Shown: piece by piece, positions 58,140 to 64,000 of the stretch
Layout: every line of letters begins with the position of its first letter
How positions within the stretch are numbered: the first letter of the stretch is position 1
The notes under the pieces: generated by a model
Database searches by the model: none
What the model was told of the DNA's origin: nothing
Seen by the model: the letters and a program-made list of their open reading frames with translations, nothing else
Position numbers and translations under genes: made by a program
Origin: a bacterium
GTDB lineage: Bacteria; RBG-13-61-14; DATKZS01
Assembly: GCA_963674965.2 (NCBI GenBank)
Contig: CAXXFL010000002.1
Span: 640,001-704,000 of the forward strand
Direction: 5' to 3'
DNA: 64,000 bases

Positions 58140-59633
58140 TCAATCCCCCGTCATGTAAGGAGTTATAGCCGAGTCAGCCTCAAGCCTCTTGATAAGGCGA
58201 GAGGCCTTGGGATGAGCGGGATCGAGTTCGGCCGCCTTCCGGGCGTAAGGCAGCCCGCGGTGTGGCCTCTCCATGTAAAGGCCCGTCTCGACGGCGATCC
58301 GGTAATACGTTTCCGCCCAGACCTTGTCCGGGATGGTCGATCTATAAGAGTTGACGCGGTCCTCGTAAATTTTATCCCATCCAGGCTTGAGGTCGGCCAG
58401 GCCTGATTCCCCCATGGCCCCGATCAGGGACTTGATTAAAATGACCTCCCCTTCCGGACTCGGGTGACAGTGGTCGAAAAAAAGCCTTTCCTCCGCTCCG
58501 TGGTCCTTGTCCCTTTCGGTCTGGAAGCTTTTTTCGGCGTCGGCCAGAAATACGCCCTTCCTTTCAGCCACCCGTCGGAGAGCGCGGATAAGGTCGGAGG
58601 TGGCGCGGACGGGCATGGGATCGCGGTCTCGCGCCCTTAAAAAGGAGGTCCGGGCCAGGGAGTAATAATCTTCATCTCGAGCCGCCTCCCCGATTCCATC
58701 CATCTTCATGTAAAAAGAGCCGGCCTCGAAGGACAGCCACGCGTCGTTTCCGTAACGGGCTTTAAGTCGCTCGATACCCTCGCCCACCTCGTCCAGCTCG
58801 GGACCGCTCGCTTTGATCAACTCGGCGTCAATGGTCCGGGCCTCGTCCCAGGGGACCCGGCTGGGTCCGTGAGGCCGGTAATCGAAAGAGTTGGAGGGAA
58901 GAGCGGCCAATATCATGACGACGCCTTTTTCCCCGCACGCCTGGGCTATCCGGGTCAGGTCCTTTTCAAAGCTTTTGGCCACGAGTTGTCTTTCGCGTTC
59001 CGTCACGACGTGAGGGTAAACCTTTTCCTTGCCAAGCGTGCCCCTGCTCCATCTGAAGAGTCCACGCAGGAGACGGTATGTCCTGGTCATGGCCAATATC
59101 TTTTCCGCCGCTCCCACCCCCTCGGCGTCCCAGGTCGTGAACCTTCGCTCGAGGAACTCGTTATGACCCGTCATGACGATGATCGCGTCGGGTTCGTGGT
59201 CAAGCGCCTCCTCGACTACCTCGAGTATTTCACAAGCGGCGTAGGCGAAACCTCCCGCGTTAACAATCTCGTGGCCGACCCCGGGATCGGCCGCGTCCAG
59301 GCCTATTTTAATGAGGCTGGCGGGTCCAAAGGCGCTTTCCATGGGAAAGCCCATGGCGGTGGACCCGCCGACGATGAATATCCTGGTGGTACGCGGCGGC
59401 TTTTTAGCGGCGAAACTCTGGCGCATGAAGAAAAGTTGTTCAGGATTAGTCTCGAATATTTTCCCTTTTTGAATGAATACCGGCCCGGGACGCAAAAACA
59501 GCTTTCTTATCGGGGTCCCCGGCGAGGCGACGCCCAGCGCCGCGAGAATAATCTCGATCAGGACCAAAACGCCCACTCCCATGGCAAGCGCCATGAAGCG
59601 TCTTTTCCACGGGTTCGCCGAAGGGGAAGTCAT
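58140..59633 (-). CDS. Membrane-anchored SGNH/GDSL hydrolase-like protein with TPR-like segments
   Basis: TM anchor, VGGSTAMGFP, NAGG, TGHNE, DHCHP. Confidence 0.75.
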   Translation of the reverse strand: MTSPSANPWKRRFMALAMGVGVLVLIEIILAALGVASPGTPIRKLFLRPGPVFIQKGKIFETNPEQLFFMRQSFAAKKPPRTTRIFIVGGSTAMGFPMESAFGPASLIKIGLDAADPGVGHEIVNAGGFAYAACEILEVVEEALDHEPDAIIVMTGHNEFLERRFTTWDAEGVGAAEKILAMTRTYRLLRGLFRWSRGTLGKEKVYPHVVTERERQLVAKSFEKDLTRIAQACGEKGVVMILAALPSNSFDYRPHGPSRVPWDEARTIDAELIKASGPELDEVGEGIERLKARYGNDAWLSFEAGSFYMKMDGIGEAARDEDYYSLARTSFLRARDRDPMPVRATSDLIRALRRVAERKGVFLADAEKSFQTERDKDHGAEERLFFDHCHPSPEGEVILIKSLIGAMGESGLADLKPGWDKIYEDRVNSYRSTIPDKVWAETYYRIAVETGLYMERPHRGLPYARKAAELDPAHPKASRLIKRLEADSAITPYMTGD

Positions 59634-59717
59634 GAATAAACATTATCATGCATATGTCCGCCATCCAACGAGATGGGTCCCTTGTCGAAAAACCTGGTAC
59701 GGCCGCTATGCCGAAGG

Positions 59718-60917
59718 CTAAATCTGGACCTTAAATTTTTTGATAATGAATGAGGCGGCGATGCCGACTAGGAAGGCCCATCCCATATTGGACAGGGCCA
59801 GGGCCGCCGCGGCGATAAGGAAGACCACGAAAAGGTCGCCCTTTTCGCTAACGTCGCGGACGAGCAGGCTGAGCTCGAGCCCGGAGAAGACCAGCAGGGC
59901 CCCGAGTATGGCCAGCGGCATGAGGGTAATAAGTCCATGGCTTATCTGGCCAAGTGGCAGCGCCAGCGCGAGGAAGGCGGCTCCGATGATCAAATTGGAC
60001 CCTCCCGTCCTGGCCCCGAAACGGTAATGGGCCGCCAAACCTCCCGCGCCGTGGCACATGGGCATGGCGCCCATGAAACCGGCCGGCAGATTAATAAGGC
60101 CCATGGTCATGGCGAACCTTCTGGGCGTGGCCCTTTCCAAATAGGGCGAGCCGGCAAAAAGGGAACAGGCCGTGTCGGCCGTGCCCACGGCGGCGTTGCC
60201 TATGGTGAGGGGAAGCTGCGGCAGCACCAGGAGGGCGAGGGCGGTCGAGAAATCCTCTAGACTGGGCCAGTAAAACGATATTGGAGTGGGGCCCAGGGCC
60301 GGCTTAATATCCTGGTAGCCGCCAAGGGCCAGGCCGAGAACAAGGCCCGCGACCACCGCCGCGATGGCCGCCGGCAGCTTTTTATTGTTCAGGAGAAGGA
60401 GAATGAGAGGAAAGGCGACAAGCCCGACGTACAGATTCGTCGAGAGACCGGGACCGGCGAGTTCGGCCCCCTTCAGCGTCAGGTCGGAGCCGGCCATGAA
60501 AAGGATGCCCTTCTTGGCCAGAATAAGTCCAAGACCCAGTTGAATGCCCCTGACGACGGGCCGGGTAAAGAGCCGGGCCATGGCCTCGACGGCCCCGGAA
60601 AGGGACAGGACCAGAAGAATGGCGCCGAACAGCAAGCCGGCGGCCGCCAGGGTGGACTGGGTTATCTGCCCGGCGGGGGCGGCTATGGCCACGGCCGCCA
60701 CCACCTTGAGCGGCTGTACCGGTATGGGCAGGCGATAGTACAGGCCGGACAGGATATAGAAAAGCCCTATCCAGAGGAACACCGAGGTGGGGCTGAGGCC
60801 GTTGTTGACGATAAGCCCGGCTGTAAGGGGAATGAGGGTACCCAAGTCCCCAAGGGACCCGGCCATCTCGGTCCGGTTGAACATAAAGGCCGCCGATTCA
60901 TTTTGCTTTTCCGCCAT
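59718..60917 (-). CDS. MOT1-like putative molybdate/sulfate transporter
   Basis: EMAGSLGDLGT, PIPVQPLK, PQLPLTIGN, MPMCHGAGGLAAHYRFGARTG. Confidence 0.88.
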   Translation of the reverse strand: MAEKQNESAAFMFNRTEMAGSLGDLGTLIPLTAGLIVNNGLSPTSVFLWIGLFYILSGLYYRLPIPVQPLKVVAAVAIAAPAGQITQSTLAAAGLLFGAILLVLSLSGAVEAMARLFTRPVVRGIQLGLGLILAKKGILFMAGSDLTLKGAELAGPGLSTNLYVGLVAFPLILLLLNNKKLPAAIAAVVAGLVLGLALGGYQDIKPALGPTPISFYWPSLEDFSTALALLVLPQLPLTIGNAAVGTADTACSLFAGSPYLERATPRRFAMTMGLINLPAGFMGAMPMCHGAGGLAAHYRFGARTGGSNLIIGAAFLALALPLGQISHGLITLMPLAILGALLVFSGLELSLLVRDVSEKGDLFVVFLIAAAALALSNMGWAFLVGIAASFIIKKFKVQI

Positions 60918-61027
60918 CGTATCGAGATTATTAGCGAACGCCCCGAGGGTCAAGTTTGTTCCCTCGATTTTACTTTCGCCGGTCCATTAATTAAAATTAT
61001 TTCTCGACGGGGACCCTGGAAACGAAA

Positions 61028-62071
61028 ATGAAAAGTGAAACAGCCTCGAGCGCCTTATCGGCGGCCGGTCGTTATTACAATATCCACGGAGTGAGCGTTT
61101 CCCTCGAGTTGGCCGACGAGGAGATGGCGTCACAAATCCGCCGCAGGTTCGCTCCCTACGAGGCCGCCGAGGACGGCGGGGGACAAAGAGGCGGCCTCAA
61201 AATCGAGTTGTCCACTGGAGACCGCCTTTACCCCGTGCCGCTCCACGCCGCGAGGGTCCTCCGATATGGGCCCCTTCGCAGCTACTTCATAAATGGCCGC
61301 ACTTATTTCACCGATTACTTTTCCACCATGGAAATTGACCCCGCGGGAGAGCGCGTGGTCGGCAATATCAGCCCCGAGACGCTAAAGGAATTCGGCGTGA
61401 ACTTCCTCGTGGACCTTATGTTCACGCTGACCCTTTTCGAGGCCCTCAGGTTCCACGGGCTGTTTTATCTTCATTCCGCCGCCCTGGTCGGCCCCGACGG
61501 CTCGGGCTACATGATCAGCGGCAACGCGGGCTCGGGCAAGACCTCTTTGACCATGTGCCTCATCGAGACGGGTTTCAGGTTCCTCTCGGACGACACGGTA
61601 TTCCTCTCTCTTGTAGACGACGGCTCGGTGGAGGTCCGAGGACTGGCCCGGGAGTTTCACGTTCCCGCCGACCTGGTCAAGGAGGGAAGCCGCTTCAACC
61701 ACCTCGAGGCGTTGCCCGATTACTCGTCTTTCAAAAAGAAGAAAACCTTGAGTCCGGACGAGTGGTTCCCCGAAAAACGTCTCGAAGTGATGAAGGACCC
61801 GAGGACCCTGGTCTTTCCCACCATAAACAAAGAGGAAGGCTTCGAGGTCCTTTCCTCCTCGGCCGGTCTTGCCCTTTTACTGCCCCAGAGCCTGTCGGTC
61901 ATGTTCAACCCGCTGCTGGCACGCGATCACCTCGAGGCCATTAAGAGGGCGGTAGCGGGCTCGACCTCCTTCAGGCTGGCCAACGGCCCCTCTTTGAAGG
62001 GAGACCCGGAAAAGGTGAGGGATGTTTTCGAGCGGATGCGGGACCAGTCCCCCCGGAAGGAGAAGAAATGA
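61028..62071 (+). CDS. HPr-kinase-related P-loop kinase
   Basis: LHSAAL, GNAGSGKTS Walker A, FLSDD; lacks the N-terminal domain of canonical HprK. Confidence 0.8.
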   Translation: MKSETASSALSAAGRYYNIHGVSVSLELADEEMASQIRRRFAPYEAAEDGGGQRGGLKIELSTGDRLYPVPLHAARVLRYGPLRSYFINGRTYFTDYFSTMEIDPAGERVVGNISPETLKEFGVNFLVDLMFTLTLFEALRFHGLFYLHSAALVGPDGSGYMISGNAGSGKTSLTMCLIETGFRFLSDDTVFLSLVDDGSVEVRGLAREFHVPADLVKEGSRFNHLEALPDYSSFKKKKTLSPDEWFPEKRLEVMKDPRTLVFPTINKEEGFEVLSSSAGLALLLPQSLSVMFNPLLARDHLEAIKRAVAGSTSFRLANGPSLKGDPEKVRDVFERMRDQSPRKEKK

Positions 62072-63096
62072 CTTTAACCCGAGTCGCCTTCGAGGTCACG
62101 AGAAGGTGCAACCTTAACTGCAAGCATTGCCTTCGCGACGAGGCCGACGGTCCCCAGGACCTTCCCCTTTCCCTCATCGAGCGGGTCATGACCCAGGCCA
62201 AGGAAAAATACGGAATTCAACTCACGGCCTTTACCGGAGGCGAGCCACTTATGTACCCGAGGCTCGAGGAACTCTTCGACCTTGTCGACGACATGGGGTT
62301 CTCCTTTTCCTTCGTTACCAACGGGCACCTCGTTCCCAAGCGTCTGGGCCTTCTTACCAGACCTGAGACGAGAAGAAGGCTTACGCACGTGGCCGTTAGC
62401 CTGGACGGTCCCGACGCCGAGACCCACGACCATATTCGAGGGGAAGGAGCCTTCAAGAAGGCCGTTGTCGCCATAGCCGCGCTCAAGGCTCAGGGCTTTC
62501 CCGTTCACGTTAAATACTCGGTGGCCAAGCACAACTTCGACCAGCTCGAGCGGGCGGCCCTCCAGGCGGCCCATCTCGGGGCGGCCCGCATCGAGTTGGC
62601 CCACGTTCATCCCACGCCGGAGAACGTCAAGGCCGGCCTCATCCTTACGCCAGACGAGATGAGAAAGGTCGAGAGCGAGGTCTACAGGCTCTCCGAGGAA
62701 CTCAAGATGATGGTGACCATGACCTCGGGGATATACGTGGGCCAGGGCTTTTTCTCCTGCGCCGCCCTGGCCATGTTCGAGATGTACGTGGACTACAAGG
62801 GAAGGCTATGCCTTTGCTGTCAGCTTCCGGGGCTCAAGGGTAGAGACCCCGGCAAAATCGAGGGCGACGTGATCGCGGACCTGGCGGAGACGGACCTGTG
62901 GGACGCCCATAAAAAGCTCGTCTCCGTCATCAGCGGATTGCAGAAGAAACGAGTGGACATGATCGCGAAGGGCGAGCTCGATATGACCGACCACTTCCAG
63001 TGCGTGTCCTGCGCCCGTCATTTTGGAAAGATGGACTGGATAAACGAGCTTCCGGACAATCCCTGGGCCAAGCCCAAGCGGGACGAAAAGCCATAA
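62068..63096 (+). CDS. Radical SAM protein with a SPASM/twitch-like Cys-rich C-terminus
   Basis: EVTRRCNLNCKHC, TGGEP, TNG, SLDG...HDHIRG.GAF, C...VDYKGRLCLCC...CVSC; ATGA overlap with the kinase. Confidence 0.88.
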   Translation: MTLTRVAFEVTRRCNLNCKHCLRDEADGPQDLPLSLIERVMTQAKEKYGIQLTAFTGGEPLMYPRLEELFDLVDDMGFSFSFVTNGHLVPKRLGLLTRPETRRRLTHVAVSLDGPDAETHDHIRGEGAFKKAVVAIAALKAQGFPVHVKYSVAKHNFDQLERAALQAAHLGAARIELAHVHPTPENVKAGLILTPDEMRKVESEVYRLSEELKMMVTMTSGIYVGQGFFSCAALAMFEMYVDYKGRLCLCCQLPGLKGRDPGKIEGDVIADLAETDLWDAHKKLVSVISGLQKKRVDMIAKGELDMTDHFQCVSCARHFGKMDWINELPDNPWAKPKRDEKP

Positions 63097-63130
63097 GACC
63101 ATCACGACATAGTATTCTCCACTCCGTTCC

Positions 63131-63159
63131 TTGACGGGAATGGCTCGTCCAGATAGACT
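63131..63159 (+). promoter_or_regulatory. sigma70-like promoter for the zinc-ribbon gene
   Basis: TTGACG (63131-63136), 17 bp, TAGACT (63154-63159). Confidence 0.5.
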
Positions 63160-63197
63160 CTATAAAGGGGAAAAACCCATATAGTCGCGGGGCTGAA

Positions 63198-64000
63198 ATG
63201 GTAATACAATGTCCTAAATGCAAAAAGCAGTATAACGTCGACGGCGAGAAGATCACCGAGTCGGGAGTGAAAATCACCTGCCCGGCCTGCAGGCACCAGT
63301 TCATCGTCAAGAAAAAACAAGAAGAGGCGCCTGAGGAGGACAAGAAGCCCAAAAGTCCACCCTGCGCCGTTTGCGGCCAGCCCAGCACTCACGTCTTCGT
63401 TGGTCCCCCTCCCCGTCCTCTTTGCGAATATCACTACACGGTGGAGAAGGAAAAGCAGTCCAGGTTTTTCGAGAGCAAGGCGGACGCCAACGACAAGACC
63501 GCCCCTCCCGTTAAACCCGCGGCGGCCCCGGCCCAGCCCGCGATAACCGGCCCCCCCTCGGAGCCGGCCTTTGAAAGCTTTGACGACGATTTCGACTTTT
63601 TCGACTCCGAGGAGGCGTCGGATGGGGCCCCGGCCCAGAGCGCCGGCGTCGCTAAGCCCGGCGGCGACCCCTCCTTTTCCCAGGTTTTTCCCGATAACGC
63701 GGGAAGCCCTGGCAAAACCCAGGCCCTAGGCCCATCCGGTCAAGACCCCTTTCTTCCCGACCCAATGGAGGCGGCGGATACAAATTCAGCGGACACGGCC
63801 AGGGCCGCCTCCTTGCCCGATCCCTTCCAGCCCGGTGACTTGCCGCCCAAGTCGCCCTCCCCCGAGCCCGACCCCTTCAGCGCCGCGGCCATGGGCGAGG
63901 CCAAAAAACAAGAAGACCCCTTCAGCGCCAACGGCTCGATATCCAGCGACGGCGACTCCGACCCCTTCAGGCCTTCTCCGGAAGACTCGATGGGTCCCAT
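63198..64000 (+). CDS. Partial MJ0042-type zinc-ribbon protein with a second Zn motif and an acidic DPF-repeat region; runs off the right edge
   Basis: Not in the ORF track. Hand translation MVIQCPKCKKQYNVDGEKITESGVKITCPACRHQF...CAVCGQP...LCEYH...; frame open to the window end. Confidence 0.82.
   Translation, partial: MVIQCPKCKKQYNVDGEKITESGVKITCPACRHQFIVKKKQEEAPEEDKKPKSPPCAVCGQPSTHVFVGPPPRPLCEYHYTVEKEKQSRFFESKADANDKTAPPVKPAAAPAQPAITGPPSEPAFESFDDDFDFFDSEEASDGAPAQSAGVAKPGGDPSFSQVFPDNAGSPGKTQALGPSGQDPFLPDPMEAADTNSADTARAASLPDPFQPGDLPPKSPSPEPDPFSAAAMGEAKKQEDPFSANGSISSDGDSDPFRPSPEDSMGP

Overview
GC-rich bacterial chromosomal segment with about 52 tightly packed CDS; gene content (myxobacterial-type PilZ, MJ0042 zinc-ribbon protein, aldehyde:ferredoxin oxidoreductase) suggests a deltaproteobacterium-like anaerobe, which is inference only. 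I saw no rRNA, tRNA, CRISPR array, integrase or transposase. Housekeeping and metabolic genes: mtnP, hisG, ychF-like, yfgM/bamB-like pair, ccdA plus thioredoxin, AOR plus MoaD-like carrier, several transporters. There are many envelope-glycosylation genes (three GT-C-like membrane proteins, GT2, GT4, two SGNH-TPR proteins, a DUF5989 microprotein, two B12-radical SAM enzymes). Most notable: (1) a two-gene HprK-like kinase + radical SAM unit with no visible precursor or PqqD gene; (2) an AT-richer restriction-modification insert whose SacI-family-like nuclease is broken by one in-frame TAG; (3) an orphan LysW-like zinc-ribbon protein ending EDWD rather than EDWGE; (4) a GT2 / B12-rSAM / methyltransferase / DUF5989 / TMTC-like gene run; (5) a FadR-regulated alkyl-DHAP-synthase-like + FGGY kinase module; (6) four intact ORFs with altered catalytic motifs. 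All family calls come from motif recognition by eye; no database search was run.
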